64,000 nucleotides of DNA from Antedon mediterranea (Eukaryota; Animalia; Echinodermata). Made by a program: the position numbers and the translations under genes. Below the pieces are notes generated by a model. That model had not been told where the DNA came from and searched no databases. It saw only the letters and a list, made by a program, of their open reading frames with translations. The stretch lies in contig NC_092671.1 in NCBI RefSeq assembly GCF_964355755.1, positions 5,890,001 to 5,954,000 on the forward strand, given 5' to 3'. Shown here piece after piece: positions 35,101-47,400 of the stretch. Within the stretch, counting starts at the first letter, position 1, and every line of letters begins with the position of its first letter.

Positions 35101-38100
35101 ATTAGGGACCCTCAGAGGTTATCAAGACAAACATATACACAAGATGCTCTACATAAACAAAGTCTTATTACAAGTCTTTGGGAGTGGGGTAATTTGGTCC
35201 TTAGAAAAAATCCTGACATGTGACGGGACTTAAACCCAGGACCCTTTTAGTGTTAGCCAAGCATCATAAGCACCAAGCCACAACTCCATTCCTTATATAC
35301 TATCTATCATATACGGGATGCAGTTGATACAAACATTGTTCAGATATTAAAGCTCAGGTACAGGCATGAATTTTAAATATAATATTTGGTTAATTGTACA
35401 TAAATCAAATATTTGTAACAGAAATCGAGACGAAAAAACATGAATTTCCCTTAATATGGTCAAATACAAAATTTGGCAAAATTCTTCCATAAAAACCAGG
35501 AAGACTTTTTTCAGTAGTTAGGTAGTTAACCTAATGTAATAACATGTCTGGTGACTCCCTAGACGGTGAAAAAAGATGGTGGATATACGGTGGATAATGT
35601 TTGCTATAGCATGAAAATAAAAATCTGAAGTTGAATAAAAATATCAGAAATGTAATATTCAAGTTATATTACCTAGACCCCATTTACACTTCATCGACGA
35701 TTTCTACGGCGGCTTTCTTTTTAGCCCGCAATGTGTTTACACTTACCCAAAAAGCCGGCCTCGGGCCCTTACTATTGCGTTTACACTTGCTCTCCCGGAA
35801 GAGTGCTCGATGATACGATTTCGCTACATTCACGTCATATCCGCTCATGTGCGTCTTAAAAAGTTCACTAGGCCTAGGCTTATCAACTTTATCAAAAAAG
35901 AATCAAATAACGGTATTTAATATGGATCAAAACAATTGTATTATTGCTTTACTACTAATGTTTGCGTCTCGTTTTCTAAAGAATAGTAGTAGATCATACG
36001 CCTTTTTCATCTTCGATCGATGACAACACAAACAATGCCGTTCAACGAAGCGTAACCAACAGAAATAACATAGCGTTTTCAGCCTATTTTCGTAGGACAA
36101 GTTACTTAAAAATTCGTAACTCCTCAACGGACAGTCGTATGGACACAATTTTTACTGTAAAATGTTCTTTAAAGATTAGCCTTTAGAACTGTGTGATTAA
36201 AAAAAATTATAATTTTTTTTTTCACTTCTTAAGTCCATCGAAAAAAACACCACAGTTTATAAGCATAGGCGCCGCATGGTGTCCTGAAATCCCCTGAAAA
36301 CGCTATGTTATTTCTGTTAGTTACGCTTCGTTGCACGGCATTGTTTGTCATAGATCGTGAAAAAGGCGTATACATCTTCACCAATTTAATTTCAATGAAG
36401 AATTTCCGATTCATCAGCAATAAGTTTCGTAAACTTAAAGCTATAGTTGACCCAGAACGTTCATTTTATGACCGCGAGTGTTTACACTATACGAAGTGCC
36501 GGCCCGAAGCCCGCAATTGCCGGCCCGAAGCCTACTCTAGACTAGGCTCAAAATTGAGCCGGCTCGAGGCCGGCTCGGTTGTTCCCAGAGTGTTTACACT
36601 TGTGCACTTTTGGCTCGGAGCCGGCCTCGGGCTCGCTAAAAGCTGAAGTGTAAATGGGGTCCTATATTTAGTCATCTGATAACATTTTTTACCACACCGT
36701 TTATTTTTCATAGCTTTTTAAAATGCCTCTCTATTTACAAAATTTGTGTACAAAAGAATAGAGATTTTACTGTGTAATTTGAACTATCCCCCCACTGATA
36801 AGAAAGTGCTTATTTTCAACAAGCCTGTGTAACACAAATAAAATCCCAAAAATTATGAAACATAGGGGAAACTATAGATTGATAATTATTGGAATGTATG
36901 ATCAATATAAATTTTTTGCCCGCACCTGGCCTTTAAGTATGATTATTATGCATTAACAGACACAGTGATAGTAAAGAACACAGCACAGTATATTATAATA
37001 CCATTGTAGATGGAGAAGTACATTGTAATTAATTATAACCAATTAACTTTTCTCCCATGATATTGACAGTATTATGAGAGCTTGTTTTCTCCCATGATAT
37101 TGACAGTATTATGAGAGCTTGTTTTCGCCCATGATATTGACAGTATTATGAGAGCTTGTTTTCTCCCATACCCCAAACATTTTTATTGTTGTTTAGGATT
37201 CTATGTTATTGTTTTTCTTATTAAAGATGTATTGTCCCCCAAAATCATGAAAAATAAAGATTTTTAAAATCGGACTTTGAATAGGCCATTTTGCAGTTTT
37301 AATGAAGTTGTTCACGTCCATAAGAAAAAATGGGGGAAAAAATTATTTCACCTATAAAAAGACAAAATAAACAGTTAAATTACCCAAAAACTCATTGTCT
37401 TCCAGACAATTTGACCATTTTTCTCAGGTAAATAAATTTTTTTCAGACCCAATTTTTTGTGAGAGTAAATAACGATTATTTGACATTAAAATAACATATT
37501 CAACAAAAAAATTTAAAAAAAATATTTTTTTAGGGGGACAATATATTTTAAGCTTTCTTTTTCTTTCTGAACTTTAGAAATCCATCAGATGAGGTAGTCG
37601 AACAAGGTAAGTTTGTCATCCTTATTTTATTTGGGAACGTAATTTGGTTATTCGATAATTATCCGATTTGGATGAGATAATTATTGGTTAATTTTTCTTG
37701 AGTGGAATCGGTTAAACCCTGTTTCCACAGGCAGTATCGGTTAATTTTTGGCTTCGTTATCACGGCCTTAGAGTCGAGTCGGGTAAAGGCTGATAATGTG
37801 TCCTATGAACCCAAAGTTGTCTCTTCAGTTAGCTTTCTCTGTTCACAAGTATAGTATAAGTACTCTTCATTCTCATTCATTCATTCATTACTAATTTTGT
37901 ATTAAAAATTATAGAATTAACAATAGCAGATCGACGGCAAAAACGAGAGATAAGACATTTGGAAAATGAGATAGCTAAATGGCAAGTGCTTGTAGATCAT
38001 GTGACAGGTAAGCTATTAATAGCCTGGTTACTTCTTATCCTTTTCAGTATTTCAGTTTTTTTGTAAAAATTATGTCGCTTGGTTTATCCTTAATTTTATT

Positions 38101-39330
38101 AGGCACATCATCCATATAATGTGTGCTGTGAGAACGTTGCTGTATAAAAGTTGTGTTGTTGTTATTAATATTATTATGACTTTCTATAGTGTACTAATGC
38201 AAATAAGTTTGTTGTTTTGTTTAAGGCCTAAACTCAGTAGATTTTGACAATCAGACTTTAGCAGTGCTCAGAGGACGATTGGTTCGTTACCTTATGAGAT
38301 CCAAAGAGGTAAGTACTGTATATCATGTCAACTCTAAAAAAAACATATCCACAATTTACGTTTTTCTGGAGAAGTATAGTTTTCAAATTTGGTTTTGTGT
38401 CATGTTCAAACAATAAGTTCGTTTATTTCTCTGTCAAAATGCTTCTATTCTGTAAAAGTGTATTCTTTGTGTTACCATTTTTAAGTAGTATCACACTTTT
38501 GGAATTGATGTGGCAGGCACGGTATTGCGAAATGTTACAAGATTTTTAACATACAATCAAACTTTTGTTTTGTTTACATTTTTATTTCAACAGATTACAC
38601 TAGGCAGGTCGACGAAAGATAACAACATAGATGTAGATTTGTCGCTTGAAGGGCCGGCCTGGAAGATATCTAGGCGGCAGGGTATTATAAAACTCCGAAA
38701 CAGTGGTGACTTCTACATTGCTAATGAAGGAACCAGACCAATATATATTGATGGTAAACCTATTTTGAAGGGACAGAAACATAAACTTGATAACAACTCG
38801 GTTGTTGAAGTAAGTATACACAATATGTATTTGATTGTTATTACATAGTAGTACATTATATTATAGTTGGAGTTGGGTAGCCGAGTGGTTAGGACTTGTC
38901 ATACAGGTAGACCCGGGTTCAATTCCCGACAACTCCTATTCTACTCAGCTGTAAATGAGACCTTGTTGAAAATACTAGGGAGGATAAGGCGGCATGGAAA
39001 GGTACTAACCACCTTCCCTACCACATAATGCCAAGGCTTAGTAAAATGAACAGCTCATTCCCTTACGTTAAGAAATGAATACAGTACTACCTACTACCTA
39101 CATTACATATTAAGAAAGAAAAACAGCTAGTCATTATTAAAGTATTTGTGTTTTTTTATTGCCTATAAAATAACTATATAATATATATAACTATAATTTG
39201 TTTATCATCTAGCTAAATGAAATTGTTATTTTTTCTTTTTTTTTAGATAACTGGATTAAGATTCATCTTCCTAATAAATCAAGACCTGATAAATGCCATC
39301 AGATCAGAAGCAGCCAAGATCGGTTTTTAA
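32135..39330 (+). CDS. MCRS1: Microspherule protein 1 (FHA-domain subunit of the NSL/INO80 complexes), ~516 aa
   Basis: Exons 32135-32300, 32417-32742, 32853-32972, 33076-33185, 33583-33691, 34304-34442, 34802-34877, 37578-37606, 37915-38007, 38226-38308, 38594-38809 and 39247-39330 are in frame. Motifs: KRRSSSRPIKRKKFDDELVESSL, GRWKPQDDLALI, GVKFSCHFT, HWLLMKQYHLLPDQ, DFDNQTLAVLRGRLVRYLMRSKEITLGR...IDVDLSLEGPAWKISRRQG, LRFIFLINQDLI. The start ATG is inferred. Confidence 0.95.
34567..34681. repeat. Local tandem duplication (~50-bp block x2)
   Basis: AACTATTGAATAATTCATTAATTTTAATATTGTATATGTATTATAATAG occurs twice. Confidence 0.8.
35039..35288 (-). mobile_element. tRNA-derived SINE (family S1) with a LINE-like 3' tail
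   Basis: Minus strand: TGGAGTTGTGGCTTGGTG (A box) ... GGGTTTAAGTCCC (B box) ... GAGGGTCCCTAATGATCAGCAATAGCTGGATGGATCACCCTCATTAAATATGG..(TAAA)n; a closely similar copy is at 63505-63740. Confidence 0.85.
35351..36932. mobile_element. Non-autonomous DNA transposon with TTAA TSD (Kolobok-like), host of a nested insertion
   Basis: TTAA|AGCTCAGGTACAGGCATGAATTTT ... AAATTTTTTGCCCGCACCTGGCCT|TTAA; imperfect TIRs. Confidence 0.65.
35676..36661. mobile_element. Non-autonomous PIF/Harbinger-like element nested in the TTAA element
   Basis: Perfect TIR GACCCCATTTACACTTCA / TGAAGTGTAAATGGGGTC, 3-bp TSD CTA on both sides, subterminal GTGTTTACAC and GCCGGC repeats, CpG-rich. Confidence 0.85.
37048..37169. 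repeat. Short tandem repeat, ~38-bp unit x3
   Basis: TTTTCTCCCATGATATTGACAGTATTATGAGAGCTTG repeated three times. Confidence 0.85.
37225..37547. mobile_element. MITE family B (TTAA TSD, TIR AGATGTATTGTCCCC; Kolobok-like)
   Basis: TTAA|AGATGTATTGTCCCCC ... GGGGGACAATATATT|TTAA; inverse-orientation relative of the 56608 copy. Partial copies at ~40770-41105 and ~42770-42955. Confidence 0.8.
38868..39105 (+). mobile_element. tRNA-derived SINE (family S3)
   Basis: TGGAGTTGGGTAGCCGAGTGGTTAGG (A box) ... CCCGGGTTCAATTCCCG (B box), then CTACTCAGCTGTAAATGAG.., ending in (TACC)n. Confidence 0.75.
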
Positions 39331-39543
39331 CAGATTTTAATTTATTTACTAAAAATGAACCATAAATTGTGGTCGTACAGCATACTGATAATGTCAGTAT
39401 ACTGACTACACCAGCCAATGTAACGGCACACTTCAGTATGGTTTCCACTGTTCTGCACCAATCACAACAGTTTCATCACAGAAAGAGCATTTGCCGAGAC
39501 AAGCGCCACCATTTGTGATGAATCCAACCCACTTGCTTGCTAT

Positions 39544-39727
39544 CAGTGGCGTAACAACACTCACTGCCTAAACCCAGGGGCCCCGGATCTTATGTGGGCC
39601 CAAGGGCAGTTTCCAGAGGAAAAAACATGCATTAATATATGTAGAAATGGGCTAAAAACACCCGAGGCCTCCAACGTTGGAAAGCCGCTTTGGGTTCCTA
39701 AGCAGGGGCCTCTGCATTACGCCACTG
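39544..39727. mobile_element. hAT-like MITE downstream of the MCRS1 stop (probable 3' UTR)
   Basis: TIR CAGTGGCGTAA / TTACGCCACTG with an 8-bp TSD CTTGCTAT / CTTGCTAC. Confidence 0.85.
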
Positions 39728-41464
39728 CTTGCTACAAGGCAATTTAACAACAGGATTCTGAGCTTGCTTTAATAAAATAGGCATCATAACAGTCCTTTGA
39801 TCTTATGTCTGGCTGTGACAAATACCAACAGTACTGTACTATGTACATATTCTCCGCAGTGCGCAATGTCTGTTAAAGGGGCATGGAACTTATCATGTTG
39901 CAGCCACAGATAAATCCTTTGATCTCCAGAGCTAAAAATCCTGTTGTTAGATTGCCTTGCTTGCAGGAACTGGGCTTGAACAAAAAAGCTTGGACAAGTC
40001 TTTTTTTTGTACAGGTTCAGTTCAGAAATCTGTTTTATTTGTGCTGTATGGAATAAATTTTGTACAAATGTAAAATACATTTTTTAAATAATGTTGTATG
40101 CCTGCATTTTGTTAGACTTGCCCCAAGTCGATTGTTTGAAAATACAAGCTCAAGTAGTATACGTATGAAACGCCATATGTGCCAAAATATTTATCTTTTT
40201 ACTAATATTAAGTCAAACTCCGTCTGGAACCCAGACTAGCATTATTGTATATAATTTAAACACATCATACAGACAACTAGAGGAATATATATTTATTAAA
40301 CAGTTTTACCACAAATGTATTTAAAAATTCCTATCAGAATTTCCAAACTCGATTTAAACCCACTCTCAATGTCCCATCCCCAATGCGTGATAATTAACTC
40401 GCTGGCCAATCATTCTATTACCATCTGGTGACGAAATACATAGATATCGATTCGACGTTTGTTTCTTATAATAACTCCACCTATATCACATATTTGTTGA
40501 ATAAATAGATAATAACAATAGTAGGACTAGCATGCGTACTGATGACGTCAATGATGGACTCGCTTGCAATCAGTTACAGTATGCCTATTGCATTGCATCA
40601 CTAGTATCTTCAGCATGTTATATTATATTATTAATTTATTGGTATATTTTCGAGATTTTATATTCTTGACGTTATTACAATTATAGACATACGTTTTTTA
40701 TTGTACAGTTTTGGTGATTTTTAATATGAATTAATTCGAAAGCTATGTCTACACTATCAAACCATTTTTAATGTCACATAATAGTTATCCACTTTGACCA
40801 AAAATTAGGTCGAAAAAAATGTATTTCAGGGAAAATTTTCATTTAAAAATTTTGTTTAGCAATATTGCTAATCAAACTGATTTTTAAGTCGAGAAACATA
40901 GTTTTGTATTGTATTTTTTGCTACACAATTTTCAAAATGTGTAGCAATAAGGTTGTTTTGTATAGCTTTTTGCTACGCTACACTCTGGCGAAAATGTTCC
41001 CTGTATTTACCTGATAAAACTGTAATTTAAAGCAAAAAATAACCTATTCAAAGTCTTATTTAATTGATCGTCAGTTTCCATGTTTTTGGGAACAATACAT
41101 CTTTAACAAAAACTTTAGTCAGCGATGTATGGTAAACTATTTTCCATTATTAAAGAACAATTTGAATGATGCCCATCACGTTCTTTATCGATGTATGTAA
41201 GATAATTTCCAATAATTTACAGTTTGTTTAAACACATCGTATGGATATACCAGCATTGAAACATTTATATACATCGGTAACGTTCTAGTTATCGATGCAA
41301 ACAAGTTAAATTTACTAAATGGATCGATATTCTCACACCTGATGAACCTATTCGTAAATCTACTATTTCAACAGACTTTATGATTATGATGACATAAGTG
41401 GTATTAATTGAATACACGGCATAGAGTATAACTTATTTCTCTAACATAATAGATAAGTAGTAGT

Positions 41465-41665
41465 AGTGGAGCTGTAGATTGTTGGTTACTGCTTGCCTTC
41501 CAATCCCAGGGTCCGGGGTTCAATCCTGCACTTCTATTAATGGATGGATGCAGGCTAGTTGGTGACATGAACGCTAGTTGGTCATACTGAGTACCGTTGA
41601 TTTTACGATCATTCGGGAAAAACCACCTCACGGCGATGTAAAATTGTTATATAAGTATAAGTATA
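41465..41665 (+). mobile_element. tRNA-derived SINE with an S2-type head and a different body
   Basis: AGTGGAGCTGTAG..TGGTTACTGCTTGCCTTCCAATCCCAGGGTCCGGGGTTCAATCC head, followed by a body unrelated to S2 that ends in (TATAAG)n. Confidence 0.65.
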
Positions 41666-44442
41666 ATAATTGGTAATATTCATTATCATTAAATATCGTT
41701 ACTTTAATATGGATGAAGGCGTACTATATTAATCTATTATTTTAAAAGCATACACTTCGTGCCATTAAATGTATTATTGGACCTAATAAAAAAAAAGGTG
41801 TGGCATCGTAATTTAGTAAAACTGTAGCTATTAACTTTAATTTATATATAATATAGCTTATGCTGGAAAAACCCCGGCGTTCTGAGCAAATAATTCGGGG
41901 TCATCGCGATAATACTAGGACAATAACAAGATAGGCCTACCATCCTGTACTGTCGATCGATACATCAATAACAAAAATTAACATTTCTATAGATAGTATC
42001 AGATAGTCCATGTTGGCCTAGGCCCCAGCGGCACAGATAAAACCGCATGTTGAAGTACTGTTGCAATACTGTCAAAACTCTCAAAGGGTTTTAGAATTGT
42101 TTCCAGTCGAGGCCATGGGGCATGATTTCGATAACCTTAGATTGTTCGCTATTGTTTAGATGAAAAATGTATTTGCATTGTGAATGACACTGATTTGCGG
42201 TGTAGATAGAAAAAAAACAATTCAAAGTGTAACTGCTACTTGTCGGTAGCAGGACGTAAAAAGATAGTAGAAAATAATATATTGTTTATAATTACTGTGA
42301 AGAATTGAAGAGCGCGTTGACTTTGTAAAGGTATGTTGGCTTTTATTATTCATTTACTGTATTTATTCATATTTCAGATATTTTTTTTTTAATGGTGATT
42401 GATTTATTTATGCACAAATATATCCAGGTTTCTTTGAAAATTGGTCTTATATAATTAAAAAGCAAAGTGGCCTATAGGGCTACTCGTTAGGTTCTTCTGG
42501 CCAATTTAATAGTGGACTTTTCGGGGATAATAATACGTACAGAGTTACCGGTACAGGTAGAACTCTGCATTATTGCGAATAAAAGTTATTTACTGTATTT
42601 GATTAACTTATTCTAAGTAATTCTGCATGTAAAATAAAATCAGTGTAGGCCTAAATGGTGTTTAATAAATTCACAATTTATTATGCAAATGACGGAGAGA
42701 GAATGTACGGTCGGTAATATTAAACCTAAATTAAACAAGAAATATTTTTTACAAAAAACGCTGCTCGCTTTTTGAAAAATATTTTTTATTTCAAATGTTT
42801 TTGAATGTGTCATTTTATTGTCACATAATAGTTATTTTACCTGAAAAAATGTAATTTAAAGCAACAAATACTTAAATTGTCTGTCAGACAATGGTTTTTG
42901 GGTTTCTTTTCTTTTTTTATATGTGAATAAATATTATGTTTTTGTTACAGAAGTGAATACTCAATTTCTGTCACTTTAGTTAATTTTATTGCTAAGGTCA
43001 AATCTGGGGGTCACTTCATCACCCTAGATATTTCAATTGTGAAGTATCCTATTACAAACACAAACTTTAATGGACTGTTTCGATAATAATTCAATGAATA
43101 TCTGACAGTGAATATACCTGAAATGCTTAGGGATTTGTAATTTTAGCATGACATGTCCTAATAGACTCTTTCCCAGACGTTTTTTGGGTCTACTGTAGCA
43201 GCTGGAATCAATAAATCATAGTGGAGTTTCCATTTTAACAAAACTGTCTGTCCTTAGAACTATAACTGCTGCTTGCTTTAGCTTCTGATTGAGTAGTCCT
43301 AATGGGACGTAGCGGGCTAGAGCAGCAGCGTGAAAATCAATTTGTTGTAATTTGTTTAATGGACAGGCCTAGGCCTATATGTGTATTTCTATATCAGAAA
43401 ATGATGTACAGGACCCTTTCTAAGAAGATGGGGCACTAGTGACCTTTGGCTTATACCTATGTATTATCCTTGTCGGTATGTTAAAAATAGATTGCATGTG
43501 CATGGTTAATGGCCATTTAAACAGATGGGTATAATCAATCTACAAAAATAAAATTCTGAAATCGATTTGGCATCAGAATTGCTGACATAAACGGAATATT
43601 ACAATATCAATTAACAAGCCGCTCCGTCACTTTAGGCTTCAATAGATAGGCAGCTGGTGTTAACAGTTTTGAGTAGACCTATAATCACATTAATGTATAA
43701 AATCAAATTGAAGGGCATTTGTGGATACTGTAGATATCTTTTTTATTGGTATATAATTTACCGTTTTTTTTTTATTAAGATAGCCTATATAAAAATCATT
43801 ATATCTATTCAATTTAAAGTAGGACTAAAACGAGTAAATCAGACATTTTGATTACGGAGATATATCGAAATTATAATGTAGGTTGTTTTGCCTGCTTGAA
43901 TATGGGGACCGTTTTTACTGTTTAGAGACCTAATCATTTTCATCACAACTAACCGAAAACGAGAGGATATTCGCCCTCAATCGGATACCAAATAGAAATT
44001 GAATGCATTTTTACCAACACAATTTGATAAACAAGTGGATCTACAGAATTTCTATAATTTGATTAATAATAATGTTTAGGCCATTTACACGGTCCATCCA
44101 TGGAGGTATAAAAATAGTTTATTATAACTAACTCCATGGTCCATCGGTAGCTTAAATAAAACTTGCTTGATAATCTTTCCAAATCTCTAAAAATGAAATA
44201 ATAAAGCCTATTTTCAAACTCTCGATATTATACGATAATTGTGGGCGTAGCCTAGCCATTATTATTGAAAAACAAATTCAAATTGGAATGAAAGTACCTA
44301 ATCGATACAAAATCGATAATTGATCATGGCGCCGAAAGCGAGGCTCTCTCTCTCCCCTCGAGTTTAGAAAAACATTTTTAGACAAGTCGTAGAGCGGTGT
44401 GTGTGTGTGATAGGCCTAAACGAGAAATAAACACTGTCGGAA

Positions 44443-47400
44443 ATGGCTAGGAAATCTACAACAACAGGTTCGTGAGTAAACGTTTATAGTGTAGTCTGGT
44501 AGATATTAATATTTTGTATGTATTACGACTGCCATGGGCAACTGTCATACTTTAATTGTGTATTAAATTGATGAGTTCTTTGAGAATGGCGGTACGCTCC
44601 CGGTCAGGAGGTGGCGTAGCATCGATCAAGAGCAAAAAAACTCATCATCCAGGCTGTGTCAAGCGGGCAAAAAGGTGCTATGTTGCCCCTACATAGGCCT
44701 GACTTAATTTTTTTAATTAGTTAAGATAAATGGATAATAATTTTAAATCGTATTTTTTCTCTTTCTTTTATGTGTAACTGACTTTGGGGTTGGGTCAACC
44801 AACCGGCTCAGCTACAGTGATTAAGTTCATTTAGGAGGTTGACCCTGCCTGGCAGGGCCTGGTCTCCCCAATAATTTCATTTTTTTTTTGGTTATAGGCC
44901 TAGGGCCTATAGTATATATATATAGTAGGCCTAGGCCTATACTAAAATAGACCGAATAAATAATGAAATGAAAATAAAAACGAATAATGTAATATGTATT
45001 AACAAAATAGTTTTCAGGTCTAGGCCTAAGTGTCGTAGCTAGTAGTAATACAGTATTATAAATATTATTAATACTGACAATACATTGTAGGCATAGTTAG
45101 TGTCTGTCCATAAAGAATACCCCTTCCCCCGCCTAACCCTACTTTTTTAACCTAAATTGGGACAAAATGTACTGGAAATTTGGGTCGTGTCTGAGTAGAA
45201 ACGTCCCTAATTAATTTATAACAGACTCCCCAATTAAGGGCCAAAATGTTGATTTTTGCATTGTTGTTGTGATTCCATGATAAACAACAACATTTTAACA
45301 AAAAAAATTGTGTGAGAGCTTGAGGTATGGTAAAAAAGAGTGAGACTTAACCGTGTACAGTATGTTCATACTAGGTCTAGGGACCTAATAAATACTATTT
45401 TTGCATTTAACAAAAATAAATTATTTGCAACTCAAAATTCGAAAAACAGCAAAAAAAATTGATTAATTAAATCATGTATCAGGACACAATGTCCTAGGCC
45501 TAGGCCTTGTAGTTTTGCTTGGTATTATTTTTGATAAATAGTCCCAAGCATTAATATATCAATGGTCTTTTGTTATGGTTCAGTTGAGTAAGCATGATAT
45601 TTATTTCTATACAACAGCGGTATAATAACTATTATGTTCTCTAATAACTCCACCCAATAGCGGTACAATAGATTATACCTGTCACAGACTGGTAAAATAA
45701 AGTTGTATAGTTTAAAAAGAATAATTATGACAGTCAGAACTTGGTGATATAATCATTATCCAAAAGATGTTTGTCACCTCAAACTGGCAACAAAAAAGAG
45801 ATTTGAATGAAAAGTCATGCACTGTCATGTAAAAACATTTAAAATACCAGACTTCAGATAATTATATAAACATATGTGCAGTTCAAAACTAGTTATTGTT
45901 ATCATAATTACAGTTACTTGTAATTGTACCCCTCCTTCCCTGGTGATAATATACAATGTAAAATTTTGTTATTAACAATTGTAGATTCTGTTTTTCACAT
46001 TTTGTCAATGGAACCAAACTTAGTTTCAAATGATTGCAAACTGCAACAGCTGGAAATGTCAATAAAGTCTCAGTAGACTACTTAACCCTTTTTAGTTATG
46101 TTAGCATCAATACATTATTAGCTCAAAGATTTTAAAACCTTTGCTAAAATGAACACAAAATATCATAAAACTTGCATGTAGGACATAGTGTACACTGTCT
46201 ACACACACCACATCATATTAAATGATATAAAATTTATACAAAACTATGGAAAATGTTTGTCCCACAAACTTTAATATTGAACTAGCACAGATTTAAGCCA
46301 TTTATTCGTCAACTTTGGCAAAACCTTGATCTTAAAATTAATGATAATTATCATAGTCAATAGAAAATATAGTACTGTACATTGTGCAGAATTTGGTATA
46401 TTTTCCCCATTATTATTACTTTATCTTGTACAGTAGACTTTTTTATTATAGTAAAAACCTTATTAATTACAGAATACAGTATAGGCAATTCTCCCAACAA
46501 CGGACACCATTGGGCTGGCCAAATATGTCTGGTTTTCTGTAAAATCTTGTATTCGGAATGTGTTTTAATTGGTAAAAATTAATTTGAAACCTTTCTGGAC
46601 CTCGAGAAAAGTCTGGTTTTGGGAGAGTTTCTGGTTTTTAGAAGAGGTATTGGGACACCCTCAAGGTGTGTACCCTAAATGAACACCCACTGAATAGAGG
46701 TTGGCTGTTGTGCAAACATTGCCTATTTCATGGGGAAGTGTCTCCTTTTAATTCAAGTGTTCATTGAATAGGAGTCTCCTTACAGTACTTGTTTGTTAAA
46801 TATGGACATTTTTATTTTGTGACTATAGATATTGCATTACAATTCTCAGAAATCATGGTACTGTACTGTAGGTCTACCTGTATCTTTATTTACATTTTTT
46901 ATAAAGGCTTTAAAATTAAACTTAAACTTTATAGCTTTTTAATAACTAAAAATTATATTATTGACTCTGTATAAATCAAAAAGGTATTTAAATAATAACT
47001 TTCTATCATTAAATTTCTAAAAATTCTTTTGCATTCCATAGCTGTCATTGCAAAACTCAAACCAAAATTAAATTACTAACTTTTTCTAGTTTGCACAATA
47101 TGATATACTGTAGAATAAGAACGCTTGTGGCAACTTATGGTTCTAGGTATGAATTGACTGAAAGTTCAGAGATTAATTGAAAACTGATGTATAGATTGGG
47201 TGTTGTGTGACCCCTGGAATTTCATTCATAACTTGTGAGAGATTATTATTTTCCAAGGCCGCCAAGCAGGTCATCGCAAGGCTAGTCTCAAACTGCTTCC
47301 TGTAATGGATCTGGAGATGAAGTGATTTTTTTTTATTGTAAAAGATCATCTTTTTAAAGCTTGCTTTTAAAAAGGTTGTTGTGTTACAGTAGTTTAAAAC

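Noticed and set aside
36305-36646. 113-aa ORF as a transposase
   Set aside because: It sits inside a ~1-kb non-autonomous element, has no DDE or Myb motifs, and its openness follows from GC-rich subterminal repeats.
38868-38932. tRNA genes (also at 12653, 23812, 35220-35288, 41465, 63670-63740)
   Set aside because: A and B boxes are present, but I could not form complete cloverleafs and each continues into a repeated SINE body.
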